A model generated the notes under the pieces. It saw only the letters and a program-made list of their open reading frames with translations. It had not been told where the DNA came from and searched no databases. A DNA stretch of 64,000 bases, taken from positions 7,904 through 71,903 of the forward strand of contig DATCFT010000023.1 of the NCBI GenBank assembly GCA_036509335.1, in the 5' to 3' direction. The DNA is from Hanamia sp. Lineage in GTDB: Bacteria > Bacteroidota > Bacteroidia > Chitinophagales > Chitinophagaceae. This document shows positions 46,853-56,946 of the stretch, in pieces. A program made the position numbers and the translations under genes. The number at the start of each line of letters is the position of its first letter. Position 1 is the stretch's first letter.

Positions 46853-47848
46853 ATGAATTTAGAAGAAAGAATTTCCTTAATGGTAAGGCTTGGAAAATAT
46901 TTAACCGAAGATAGTGATCAGTTGCAGGAAATAAAACAAAAGGCTTTTGAAAGGAATAAATGGTTTGTTGAAGAATTTGTAAATCTTTCTTTCAACAATA
47001 TTTCAAATAATTATCTCCGGCAGGAGGCATTAAAAGACTGGGTGGATCACTACCATATAGATGATAATATCCGGCCGCAGAAAATTGGAATCGTAATGGC
47101 AGGTAATATTCCCCTTGTGGGATTTCATGATTTTTTATGCGTTTTTATTTCCGGTCATTTTCAATTTATTAAACTTTCAGAAAAAGATGATGTGCTGTTA
47201 AAACATATCATTGAAAAAATGTGTGAATGGGATCCCGGAGTCGCCAATGTGGTTACCATTGCAGGATTGCTCAAAGATTGCGATGCCTATATTGCTACCG
47301 GCAGCAATAATTCAGTAAGGTATTTTCATTATTATTTTAGCAAATACCCTTCTCTTATCAGGAATAATAAAACCTCTGTTGCTTTGCTATCAGGCACTGA
47401 AACCCTGGGGCAGCTTTCTTCCCTCGCTGATGATGTACATACTTATTTTGGATTGGGCTGCAGGAATGTTACCAAATTATATGTTCCTGAAAATTATGAT
47501 TTCATCATGCTGCTCAATGCTTTTCGTAAATACAACTACTTTTCAGATGTTACAAAATATAAAAATAACTACGATTACAATCTTACACTGCTCATAATGA
47601 ATCACAAATTCTACATGACCAACGATAGTATTATACTTGTGGAAAATGAAAGTTTATTTTCACTAGTAAGCGAACTGCATTTTTCGTTTTATCAAAACAA
47701 ACAAACTACATTGGATGAATTATCTATCAATGAAAATATTCAATGTATCGTGGGTGATGAAAATATTCCTTTTGGCAAAACTCAGGAGCCAGGTTTATTT
47801 GATTATGCCGATGGAATAGATACCATTCAGTTTTTATTGGGTTTGTAA
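46853..47848 (+). CDS. acyl-CoA reductase (LuxC-like) family protein
   Basis: It contains IGIVMAGNIPLVGFHDFL and GLGCRNVTK. It is divergent from the ferredoxin gene, as I recall for Bacteroidota. Confidence 0.6.
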   Translation: MNLEERISLMVRLGKYLTEDSDQLQEIKQKAFERNKWFVEEFVNLSFNNISNNYLRQEALKDWVDHYHIDDNIRPQKIGIVMAGNIPLVGFHDFLCVFISGHFQFIKLSEKDDVLLKHIIEKMCEWDPGVANVVTIAGLLKDCDAYIATGSNNSVRYFHYYFSKYPSLIRNNKTSVALLSGTETLGQLSSLADDVHTYFGLGCRNVTKLYVPENYDFIMLLNAFRKYNYFSDVTKYKNNYDYNLTLLIMNHKFYMTNDSIILVENESLFSLVSELHFSFYQNKQTTLDELSINENIQCIVGDENIPFGKTQEPGLFDYADGIDTIQFLLGL

Positions 47849-48132
47849 GTTTTATCCCGGAAGTTTTTTTTTAAAAATATCACTTTTAAATGTCATAACT
47901 TTGTTTATCCAACTTTCATTTCCTTATTGCCAATTTTAAATACTTGAAATTCTTTTTTAATTTCTTGTTAAAGGTAAATGAGTGGTTAGAAAATGATTTC
48001 CTGTTGGTTTAATTTTATCCATGAGGCACACAATTTGATGGTTAATTTTTAAAAATGATATCAATTGAAATTAAAATGATGCTGCCATTGAAATTATAAT
48101 GAACGAACCTATTACAATAAAAATTTAAATAA

Positions 48133-49674
48133 ATGAAAACAAGAAACATTTTCCTTACCGTGTTAATTAGCGTAATTACTTCTCTGGCTGTTATTTTAGG
48201 ATATAATGCATATCATCATAACAGCAATAATCCCAATTTTCAGGCCTCAAATATCCCTTCTAATTATAAGCTTACAGGCTTTACAGATAGTGGCAGTGGC
48301 CCGTCTGGAGGCCCGGTAGATTTCACACAAGCCGCCGCAGCAGCCATTCCTACAGTAGTTCATATCAAAACTACTACCAATGGCAGAATGGTAAATAATA
48401 ATTTACCACAACAAAAAAATCCTTTTTCCGATTTGTTTGGTGGCGATTTGTTCAATCAGTTATTTGGCGAAGGTGGCGGTGGTCAACGAATTTTGCCTCA
48501 GCGGGCGATGGGCTCAGGTGTCATTATAAGCGATGACGGATATATCGTTACCAATAACCATGTGATAGCCGGCGCCGACAAAGTAACTGTTACCCTCAGC
48601 AATTTCAAAACCTACACAGCAAAAGTGATTGCAGCAGATCCATCTTATGACTTGGCTGTAATAAAAATAGATGCAAACAATTTACCTTTCCTTCTTTATG
48701 GTAATTCTGCTGATACTAAAATTGGACAATGGGTTTTGGCAATAGGATATCCGCTTAATTTAGAAGCTACAGTTACTGCCGGTATCATTAGCGCCAAATC
48801 CAGGGCGCTTGGATTGAACCATGATAAGACAGGAGGACGGTCCATGGCGGTAGAATCTTTTTTACAAACTGATGCAGCCGTCAATCCGGGTAATAGCGGT
48901 GGTGCATTAATCAATACCAACGGGCAATTAATAGGTATCAATTCAGCTATTGCTTCAGAAACAGGATACTATAGTGGATACTCCTATGCAATACCCGTAG
49001 ATATTGTAAAAAAAGTAGTAAATGATCTCATAAAATATGGCAGTGTTCAGCGAGGATTTCTCGGCGCTATGTTTATGGATGCAGGGATGATGAGCGATGA
49101 CCAGAAAAAAGCAAATAATGTTCCCCTTAGTGCTGACGGGATTTATATTACTAACCTGTTAACTAATGGTGCTGCGAAAGAGGCGGGCATACAAGTAGGC
49201 GATGTTATCAGGAAAATAAACGGGATTCCGGTAAATTCAGGATCAGAACTACAGGAGCAATTAAGTATGTTCAAACCAGGTGATAAAGTAAAAGTAACTT
49301 ATAGCAGAGATGGTTCAGAAAATACTGTAGAAGTTACTTTAAAAAATAATTCCGGTAATTATGATATTGTGAAACCGACAACTATGCTTGATAAGCTGGG
49401 TGCGCAACTGGAAACACTTGACCCTAAAAAGGCCACCCAGCTTGGATTAAGCGGTGGAGTAGTAGTAAAGAAAATAAACGATGGCGTACTTAACGATCAG
49501 ACAAGAATGCGTGATGGATTTATTATAACTAAGGTAAATGGTAAAGAAATAAAAAACCTGGACGATTTAAAAAATCAGATCGGCGACCAGACAGATATTA
49601 CTATTACCGGAGTGTATCCCGGATACAGCGAACCTTTCGAGTATCCATTAACGTTAGACAATACGCCTGAATAA
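48133..49674 (+). CDS. Do/HtrA/DegP-family periplasmic serine endopeptidase with two PDZ domains
   Basis: The catalytic triad contexts are TNNHV, DLAVIK and GNSGGALIN. Two PDZ-like segments follow. Confidence 0.9.
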   Translation: MKTRNIFLTVLISVITSLAVILGYNAYHHNSNNPNFQASNIPSNYKLTGFTDSGSGPSGGPVDFTQAAAAAIPTVVHIKTTTNGRMVNNNLPQQKNPFSDLFGGDLFNQLFGEGGGGQRILPQRAMGSGVIISDDGYIVTNNHVIAGADKVTVTLSNFKTYTAKVIAADPSYDLAVIKIDANNLPFLLYGNSADTKIGQWVLAIGYPLNLEATVTAGIISAKSRALGLNHDKTGGRSMAVESFLQTDAAVNPGNSGGALINTNGQLIGINSAIASETGYYSGYSYAIPVDIVKKVVNDLIKYGSVQRGFLGAMFMDAGMMSDDQKKANNVPLSADGIYITNLLTNGAAKEAGIQVGDVIRKINGIPVNSGSELQEQLSMFKPGDKVKVTYSRDGSENTVEVTLKNNSGNYDIVKPTTMLDKLGAQLETLDPKKATQLGLSGGVVVKKINDGVLNDQTRMRDGFIITKVNGKEIKNLDDLKNQIGDQTDITITGVYPGYSEPFEYPLTLDNTPE

Positions 49675-49702
49675 TAAAAATAATTCCTGGATAGTTTTGA
49701 AG

Positions 49703-49736
49703 AACGGTTGCAATTATTTGTAGCCGTTTTTTTTAT
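49703..49736 (+). terminator. rho-independent terminator after the HtrA-family gene
   Basis: A 10-bp stem (aacggttgca / tgtagccgtt, two G-U pairs) with a 6-nt loop is followed by a T-run. Confidence 0.7.
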
Positions 49737-49787
49737 TAAAAATTTTATATAAAAGCAGAAATGTTCATTAATTCTTTGTTTACTATG

Positions 49788-49873
49788 TTACACAGAGTTT
49801 CGCAGAGTCCCACAAAGTTTCGCAGAGATTTTCTCTGTGGTTCTCTGTAACTTCTCTGTCAATCTCTGTGTAA
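49788..49873. repeat. 86-bp word palindrome: four 10-nt units ending in CAGAG facing four units starting with CTCTG
   Basis: It reads ttacacagag tttcgcagag tcccacaaag tttcgcagag atttt ctctgtgg ttctctgtaa cttctctgtc aatctctgtg taa. The outer 10 bp pair perfectly. Confidence 0.85.
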
Positions 49874-49935
49874 TTTAGTGCTTACAGAAATAGAAAACCC
49901 TCTTATTTATTTGATTACTGTGTAAGCAAATTTCG

Positions 49936-49981
49936 TTTGTGCTTTTACGTTATATAAATTTGTGCTTTTACGTTATATAAA
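49936..49981 (+). repeat. perfect 23-bp tandem duplication TTTGTGCTTTTACGTTATATAAA x2
   Basis: Read directly. Confidence 0.9.
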
Positions 49982-50227
49982 AATAAGTAAGCTGAAAGAT
50001 CGGTCGGGCTTAGCTGAGATGCCTGCACTCGTTTACTCATTATCACCATTATCTAATTTTCACCATTACTTTTTTATTTTTTCAAATTTTTTATGGAATT
50101 TATTTCTTTTTGAATCACATATTAAGAATACACGCTTTAACTAAATATTAAGTTAAAGGATTTTTTTACATAAAATAAATAATTCATTTTTATAATTCAT
50201 TTTTACAAAACCTGTTTAACAGCTTTT

Positions 50228-52996
50228 ATGAAAAAACTAATTGCTTTATTTCTCGGAATACTTTTTACTTATTCTTCCTTTGCACAAATAGCAAAAGTAT
50301 CAGGGCAGGTAAAGGATGGTAATGAAAATAAACCTATACAAAATGCTGTGGTAGCTTTATTCACTCCAAAGGATTCTATACTTTATTTATTTACACGTAC
50401 TGATAGTTCAGGAAAATATCTTTTAGAAAATGTAGAGCCAGGCAAATATATTTTGATGACATCACACCCATATTATGCTGATGTATTGAATGATATTGAA
50501 GTAAATAAAGATACTAAGATTCCTTTAACAAGCCTGGTTTCCAAAAGCGAATTATTGCAGGAAGTAATTGTAAAATCAGGCTCGCCAATTCGTATCAAAG
50601 GAGATACTACAATTTACACAGCAGATAGTTTTAAGGTAAGCGCGAATGCCAATGTAGAAGAATTGCTGAAAAAATTGCCTGGGATACAAGTGGATAAAGA
50701 TGGAAACATAACCGCCATGGGACAAACAGTTCAGAAAGTTTTAGTAGATGGCGAAGAGTTTTTTGGGGATGACCCCGGAATGGCTGTAAAAAATTTACGT
50801 GCTGATGCAGTAAAGGAAGTACAGGTATTTGATAAGAAAAGCGATCAGGCAGAATTTACAGGTATTGATGATGGTAAGACTCAAAAAACCATAAACCTCA
50901 AATTGAAAGATAATAAAAAGACGGGCTATTTTGGAAAAGTAGATGTATCGGCCGGCTCCGAAGATCATATTGATAACCGGTATAACGATAATCTTATGTT
51001 TGGCTCTTTCAAAGGAAAAAGGAAATTTTCTGCTTATCTCTTAAATGGAAATACAGGACAAGATGGTCTTAGCTGGGAAGATGAACAGAAATATGGCACC
51101 AACGATAATGTATCCCTGGATGTAAGCGATGATGGCAACCTGTCGGTTACATGGAACGGCAGCTCTGATGATGAACCTTATGTAGATCCGCAAAACGGTT
51201 ACATGACCAATGTAAACACCGGGGCGCAATACAGCAATAAATGGAACAACGATAAATACAATTTTAATTTTTCTCCCAGGTATAACAGTCAGCAATACAC
51301 GAATCAAAGCACTACCTTTTCGCAGTCACAGATTGGTGATTCAGTCTTGAATACCAATTCAAAGGAGAACATTGATGTAAACAGGCACAATTTTAAATTA
51401 CGTGGGATTATAGATATGAAATTGGATTCTATGAATTCGTTGAAAATTACCGCTAATACTAATTTCTATCACACGGAAAGTGATGATTTTCTTAATTCCC
51501 AAACTACCGGAAATACAGGAACGTTAAAGAACACCAGCGACAGGCAATTGCAAACCAACAGTGATAAAAGCGCTGTGTCTACAAATATAATTTTCAAACA
51601 TAAATTTCACAAAAGCCGTCGCACTTTATCAATTACAGGAAACTGGTATTCTTTGGATAATAGTGGAATTGACTTTTTAAAATCCACTAACCAGGCTTAT
51701 CTTGACGGCGACCTTTCCGGCAGCCAGGATTTGAATCAACAAAAAAATTATGAGCAATACACTCAAAACTTATCAACCGGAATAATTTATACCGAACCGC
51801 TCAATAAAACTCTTTCATTGCTTTTGGGATATCAACTTGCGTATAATTACGGCACCAATAATCAATTGACATATAACTATTCGGGCGTTTCAGAGAAATA
51901 TGATGCTGTGGTTGACTCATTATCAAACAACTTTAAACAAAATATTATTCAGAATATTCCTTCTGCTAAAATTAATTTTTCAAACAAAAAATTAAAATTA
52001 AACATTGGTTCAGGTTTTGGGTTTACTCATTTCGATTTGCAGGACCTCACTTTCAATAAAGATTATCTGAGAAATTATACCAACTTTTATCCTTCTGCAA
52101 ATGCAACATACACGTACAAGCCTAACCACAGTATCTATTTTAATTACAATGGAAATACTACCCAGCCTACAGTGGACCAATTGCAGCCATTAAGAAATAA
52201 TAATAATTATTTTAACCAGGTGATTGGTAATCCTGCATTAAAACCATCTTTCACCAATTCTTTTAATATGTCACACTATGATTACAATTTCTTAAAAGAT
52301 ATATGGACATATCAATCTCTCCGTGTTCAAATGTCAGAGAACTCAATTACCACCAATAGTATTATTGAACTGGATTCGGGAAAAACGATTTCGCAACCTA
52401 TCAACGTCAATGGGAATTATTCTATCAGTTTTTATAGTGGACTTAGCTTTAAAATAAAAAAAATTGACACTCGTTTTCAATTGTCTCCCTCATTCAATTT
52501 TAACAGGTATGCTAATGTTATTAACAGTCAAAAAAGTTATTCCAACACTTTTTCTCCCGGAATGTCTGCCTATATCTCCAAATCAAAAGAGAAAAAATAT
52601 GATCTGACTATAGTTGAACAGGTCAATTATAATAGTAATACGACTTCGCAAAACGATACCAAAATTCATTATTACACCAGTACGCTTTCATTTTATGGGA
52701 CTATCTATTATAAAAAGGTGTGGTCATTGATTACAGATTATTCTTTCTATTTCAGGCAAAAAACAATTCAATCAGACAATAACCTGACTACGCATATTTT
52801 GAATGCTCAGTTTCAGCGTACTTTCAGGCACGATGAATTTACAGCCTATTTTAAGATAAGAGATATTTTCAATCAGAATATCGGTATTGACAGAAGCTTT
52901 TATGGAAATACCTATACCCAGGTAACCAATGACAGGCTTAAAAGATATTTTATGATTGGCTTTACCTGGAATTTTAAAAATAAAGGAGCGAAGTAA
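50228..52996 (+). CDS. TonB-dependent-receptor-like outer-membrane beta-barrel protein (carboxypeptidase-regulatory-like domain + plug-like region + barrel)
   Basis: It has a signal peptide, VSGQVKDG...DSSGKYLLENVEPGKY, LLKKLPGIQVDKDGNITAMGQTVQKVLVDGEEFF, and a C-terminal aromatic-rich barrel. Confidence 0.8.
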   Translation: MKKLIALFLGILFTYSSFAQIAKVSGQVKDGNENKPIQNAVVALFTPKDSILYLFTRTDSSGKYLLENVEPGKYILMTSHPYYADVLNDIEVNKDTKIPLTSLVSKSELLQEVIVKSGSPIRIKGDTTIYTADSFKVSANANVEELLKKLPGIQVDKDGNITAMGQTVQKVLVDGEEFFGDDPGMAVKNLRADAVKEVQVFDKKSDQAEFTGIDDGKTQKTINLKLKDNKKTGYFGKVDVSAGSEDHIDNRYNDNLMFGSFKGKRKFSAYLLNGNTGQDGLSWEDEQKYGTNDNVSLDVSDDGNLSVTWNGSSDDEPYVDPQNGYMTNVNTGAQYSNKWNNDKYNFNFSPRYNSQQYTNQSTTFSQSQIGDSVLNTNSKENIDVNRHNFKLRGIIDMKLDSMNSLKITANTNFYHTESDDFLNSQTTGNTGTLKNTSDRQLQTNSDKSAVSTNIIFKHKFHKSRRTLSITGNWYSLDNSGIDFLKSTNQAYLDGDLSGSQDLNQQKNYEQYTQNLSTGIIYTEPLNKTLSLLLGYQLAYNYGTNNQLTYNYSGVSEKYDAVVDSLSNNFKQNIIQNIPSAKINFSNKKLKLNIGSGFGFTHFDLQDLTFNKDYLRNYTNFYPSANATYTYKPNHSIYFNYNGNTTQPTVDQLQPLRNNNNYFNQVIGNPALKPSFTNSFNMSHYDYNFLKDIWTYQSLRVQMSENSITTNSIIELDSGKTISQPINVNGNYSISFYSGLSFKIKKIDTRFQLSPSFNFNRYANVINSQKSYSNTFSPGMSAYISKSKEKKYDLTIVEQVNYNSNTTSQNDTKIHYYTSTLSFYGTIYYKKVWSLITDYSFYFRQKTIQSDNNLTTHILNAQFQRTFRHDEFTAYFKIRDIFNQNIGIDRSFYGNTYTQVTNDRLKRYFMIGFTWNFKNKGAK

Positions 52997-53011
52997 AACA
53001 GCAAATAAAAA

Positions 53012-53788
53012 ATGGCAGCTATGAAATCTAAAATGTCTCTTTTAATTATTGTATTGTTTTTGTTTGCAGGTGTACATGCACAAATATTTATCAGTAAAGC
53101 GAAAATAGAATATGAAGTGAAATCGGATATCAGGAAAACAATGGGCAATAATACCTGGGACGAAATGCTCAAAGATAAATTACCGCATTTTAAAACAGGA
53201 TATTACGATCTGACTTTTGCCAATAATAAAAGCATTTTTCAATTTGACCATTGGGGAGATCCTAAATTACCTGATTTTATGTTGACTGGTGAGGATTTAA
53301 TTAAATACTATTATGATTTTAATACCGGCACATATAATGAACAAAAAAACGTAGAAGGGAGTATTATTAATATAGCCGATTCTATTCCAAAACTAAAATG
53401 GAAAGTCATAAATGATTACCGGGTAATTGCGGGGTTTAATTGCCGAAAAGCAGTAGCAGTAGTGCTCGACAGTGTGTATGTATTTGCTTTTTATACCGAA
53501 GAAATTACTCTTCCGGGAGGCCCGGCCTCATTTAATGGATTGCCGGGAACTATACTGGGAATAACGGTACCCCGGTTGTATACTTCGTGGATAGCAACAA
53601 AAGTAGAAGTAAATGGTATAGATGAGAAAACCATTAAACCTCTCAGTTCAAAAAAGAGTCTTAAAATGAGCGAATTAGAAGCCCTTATTAAAGATCGGAC
53701 TAAAGACTGGTACAGCGATGATGATGCGAGTGAAAATAAAGACTTACAACAACAAAAAGCGAGGTTTATCTGGGAGACTTTATTATAG
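53012..53788 (+). CDS. GLPGLI-family protein
   Basis: It has a signal peptide and the signature FNGLPGTILGI. It lies directly downstream of the barrel gene, 15 nt after its stop. Confidence 0.8.
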   Translation: MAAMKSKMSLLIIVLFLFAGVHAQIFISKAKIEYEVKSDIRKTMGNNTWDEMLKDKLPHFKTGYYDLTFANNKSIFQFDHWGDPKLPDFMLTGEDLIKYYYDFNTGTYNEQKNVEGSIINIADSIPKLKWKVINDYRVIAGFNCRKAVAVVLDSVYVFAFYTEEITLPGGPASFNGLPGTILGITVPRLYTSWIATKVEVNGIDEKTIKPLSSKKSLKMSELEALIKDRTKDWYSDDDASENKDLQQQKARFIWETLL

Positions 53789-53857
53789 CCGATCAAAGAA
53801 CTGAAAATACAAATTCCCTTTATTTATTTCTTTACTGCATTTAACCTGGTGATTGTT

Positions 53858-54706
53858 TTATTTGAGTATCATTACCGGAAGGTGGCATCTTCTATACAAT
53901 GCCTCTGAAACACTTTTGTGAGTGAGCGAATAAAGGAAACTATGTACCCCGGGAAGCGCAATCAATAACTGAACTTGATTTATCTTTTCAAAATTCAGAA
54001 TACCGTCAATCACATTTTTATTGCTTTCGTAATAAATTTCATGATGAAAATTATTTAAATAATTGTGCAAACTTTTCTCCGTTTCTTTAAAATTTTCATT
54101 TTGAATTAATTTGCCTTGTTTCGTATCTATATTCAATACAAATAAATTTACATTTTGCCATTGCGGCGACGAACGAAGCCGGTTAATTTTATCAAGGGCA
54201 TGAACTGAATTTAAATGAAAAGGAACAAGGGCTTTTTCTACAGGTTGATAGGATTGCTTTGCAGGTACTATTAAAACTCTTATTGGACTTATCCTCGCTA
54301 TTGGAATCACATTCGCAGAAATAAGACCCTCGTTAGAATTGTTTATATTATCGCTGCCTAATAAGATCATTACCGGCTTTTCGTACTTTATGATTTCAAG
54401 AATAGCGCGTATTAAGGGCAACTCACTCACTGCTATGTGCACCGTGATCTCATCTCCCGTCATCACGGCAAGCCTTTTGGATATCATAGTGAGTTGTTCC
54501 TTCTCTTCATCTCTTATTCTGTTCAGGTAATGCTGATCCACATTGGCAAATTCACCCGCCATGATCACATTTTCATACATTGATGTATAGAAAGATTTTA
54601 ATAGAATAATTCTTTCGTACTTATACTTTTTACTCCATTCGGCAGCATAGTTTACCGTGTTTTCAGATGTTGTTGTAAAATCAATGGGCACAAGTAGGGT
54701 CTTCAT
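53858..54706 (-). CDS. tandem-domain universal stress protein (UspA family)
   Basis: It contains MKTLLVPIDFTTTSENT, a second half-repeat and LPVMILK. I prefer the start at the internal ATG (54706). Confidence 0.7.
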   Translation of the reverse strand: MKTLLVPIDFTTTSENTVNYAAEWSKKYKYERIILLKSFYTSMYENVIMAGEFANVDQHYLNRIRDEEKEQLTMISKRLAVMTGDEITVHIAVSELPLIRAILEIIKYEKPVMILLGSDNINNSNEGLISANVIPIARISPIRVLIVPAKQSYQPVEKALVPFHLNSVHALDKINRLRSSPQWQNVNLFVLNIDTKQGKLIQNENFKETEKSLHNYLNNFHHEIYYESNKNVIDGILNFEKINQVQLLIALPGVHSFLYSLTHKSVSEALYRRCHLPVMILK

Positions 54707-54769
54707 AAATTTTACTGATTGGTTAGTAACAAAATTACACAATCCTATTGTTAATAAAAAATGGTTGTG

Positions 54770-54796
54770 TATTTAACTATCTATTATTTAACTTTG
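54770..54796 (+). promoter_or_regulatory. marR-side promoter: -7 box TAacTTTG (54789-54796) overlapped by the direct repeat TATTTAACT x2 (54770-54778 and 54785-54793)
   Basis: Read directly. It lies in the divergent region between the usp and marR genes. Confidence 0.4.
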
Positions 54797-54849
54797 CAAA
54801 CAATTTATTTTTAGTAACATTTTATTTAAAAATTTTTTATTAAAAGAAA

Positions 54850-55314
54850 ATGACAAAGACAAATCAAAGAGCGCAGACTGCAAGGGAATTTTCACATTTG
54901 TTGCTGGAACTAAGAGACCAGTTGCGCCGGTTCATTCAGCAAAAATTCAGGGAGAACAATATTGATCTCACTTACGAAATGCAACAGATTATGTCATGTT
55001 TATGGAAAGAGGACGGAATGAAGCAGCAGGAACTGGCTGATAAAACACTGAAGGACAAGACGAGTCTCACTTATTTGATTGACAACTTAAGTAAAAGAGG
55101 ACTGGTAACACGATTAGAAGATAAAAACGATCGGAGGAGTAAACTGATCTATTTGACTACGAAAGGAATAGAATTAGGAAAAAAGGTAGAGCCTTGGGTT
55201 GAAGAATTGTACCAGATTGTAAGCCATGATTTCAAGTTGGCAGAGATAAAAGAATCAATAGAAACCGTTCAAAAAATGATTGCTAATGTCAAAGAAGTTG
55301 AGTTGCCCATTTGA
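54850..55314 (+). CDS. MarR-family transcriptional regulator
   Basis: The 154-aa winged-HTH protein contains QQELADKTLKDKTSLTYLIDNLSKRGLVTRLEDKNDRR. Confidence 0.85.
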   Translation: MTKTNQRAQTAREFSHLLLELRDQLRRFIQQKFRENNIDLTYEMQQIMSCLWKEDGMKQQELADKTLKDKTSLTYLIDNLSKRGLVTRLEDKNDRRSKLIYLTTKGIELGKKVEPWVEELYQIVSHDFKLAEIKESIETVQKMIANVKEVELPI

Positions 55315-55365
55315 TAAGCATTTCTGGCAGTTTCTTATTGGGAGTATACTAATAAAAGCATCTTT

Positions 55366-56946
55366 ATGATGGAAGAAGATTCATTGGTAGTATATGGTTC
55401 GAAGAGGGTTATTATAACAATTACTGCTGTTACATGTGCTCTTTTGCAAATAATTGATACAACTATTGTAAATATTGCATTGCCAACGATGGAGGGGAGC
55501 CTGGGCGCTTCACTTACTGAAATTACATGGGTGATTACAGCTTATGCTATTGCAAATGTGATTGTAATGCCGATGACAAGTTGGCTAAGCCAGCAATTTG
55601 GACGGCGCAATTATTTTGCAGCATCTATTTTGATTTTCACTATCACTTCCTGGGCGTGTGGAAACGCCACCAGCATCAATGAATTAATCATTTTCAGGTT
55701 TATCCAGGGAATAGGAGGTGGTGCTTTACTTGTGACTGCTCAAACAATTATTACTGAAAGTTATCCTATCGAAAAAAGAGCAATGGCACAAACCATTTAT
55801 GTATTGGGAGTGATTGTAGGGCCCACGCTTGGCCCACCTCTTGGCGGTTATATTATAGATAATTATTCCTGGCCCTATATCTTTTACATTAATATCCCTA
55901 TCGGTATTATTGCGACTTTGCTAACGCTCCAATTTGTAAAAAGTCCCAGGTTTGCGGAAAAGGTAAAGGCCAGGAATGTTGACTGGCTTGGCATTTCTTT
56001 ATTGATTATTGCCATAGGATCGTTGCAGTTTATTCTGGAAAAAGGCCAGGAAGATGATTGGTTTAATAGTTCGCTTATCACATCACTTTCTGTGATTTGC
56101 TTTTTTGGTTTTTACTTTTTTATATGGCGCGAACTTGTTTATAAACACCCAATTGTAGAACTGCGTGTTCTGAGGAACAGGAATTTATCTGTTGGGACTA
56201 TTTTATCTTTTGTATTAGGATTTGGTTTGTTTGGATCTACTTTTATTATTCCTCTTTATACACAAACCATTATGGGGTGGACCGCTTTGCAGGCAGGCTG
56301 GCTCATGATTCCAAGTACAATTTTTACTGCAATTATGATGCCTTTTGTGGGCAAGATGATGGAACGTGGTGTGCCTTTTCGATTGCTAATAACTTCGGGG
56401 ATGATCATTTTTTTTATCTATAGTATGATGGCGTATAAAGTTCTTACGCCGAATACACCTAGTGAGGCTTTCTTTTGGATACTTGTTATCCGCGGGGTAG
56501 GGCTGGGCCTTCTTTCTATTCCCATTACCACACTTTCACTTTCTACGCTCAAAGGACAGGAAATAGGGCAGGGGGCTGCTATGTCGGGGATGCTGAGGCA
56601 GTTAGGAGGTTCCTTTGGCGTGGCTATTATTTCTACCTATCTTACCAGCGACACACAGGTACATCGTAATGACTTGTTGACTCACCTTTCTGTTACTGAT
56701 CCAAATGTTCAACAAAAGGTGCAAATGTTTGCAGGAGGATTTCACAATAAAGGAATGACTATGGATGCCGCATTCAAAGCTGCAGACAAATTACTGGACC
56801 GCCTTGTAGATGTCCAGGCAACGGTACTTTCTTACATGGATATTTTTTTATGGATAGGCGTTATGTTTTTGATTTGTGTACCTTTTGTGATTGTATTTGT
56901 GAAAAAATCTAAACGTAAAGTTGACTTAAGCCACTTACCGGAGTGA
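55366..56946 (+). CDS. DHA2 (EmrB/QacA-type, 14-TM) MFS efflux transporter
   Basis: It contains ALLQIIDTTIVNIALPTM, LSQQFGRRNYF and GIGGGAL, and its length fits the 14-TM family. Confidence 0.85.
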   Translation: MMEEDSLVVYGSKRVIITITAVTCALLQIIDTTIVNIALPTMEGSLGASLTEITWVITAYAIANVIVMPMTSWLSQQFGRRNYFAASILIFTITSWACGNATSINELIIFRFIQGIGGGALLVTAQTIITESYPIEKRAMAQTIYVLGVIVGPTLGPPLGGYIIDNYSWPYIFYINIPIGIIATLLTLQFVKSPRFAEKVKARNVDWLGISLLIIAIGSLQFILEKGQEDDWFNSSLITSLSVICFFGFYFFIWRELVYKHPIVELRVLRNRNLSVGTILSFVLGFGLFGSTFIIPLYTQTIMGWTALQAGWLMIPSTIFTAIMMPFVGKMMERGVPFRLLITSGMIIFFIYSMMAYKVLTPNTPSEAFFWILVIRGVGLGLLSIPITTLSLSTLKGQEIGQGAAMSGMLRQLGGSFGVAIISTYLTSDTQVHRNDLLTHLSVTDPNVQQKVQMFAGGFHNKGMTMDAAFKAADKLLDRLVDVQATVLSYMDIFLWIGVMFLICVPFVIVFVKKSKRKVDLSHLPE

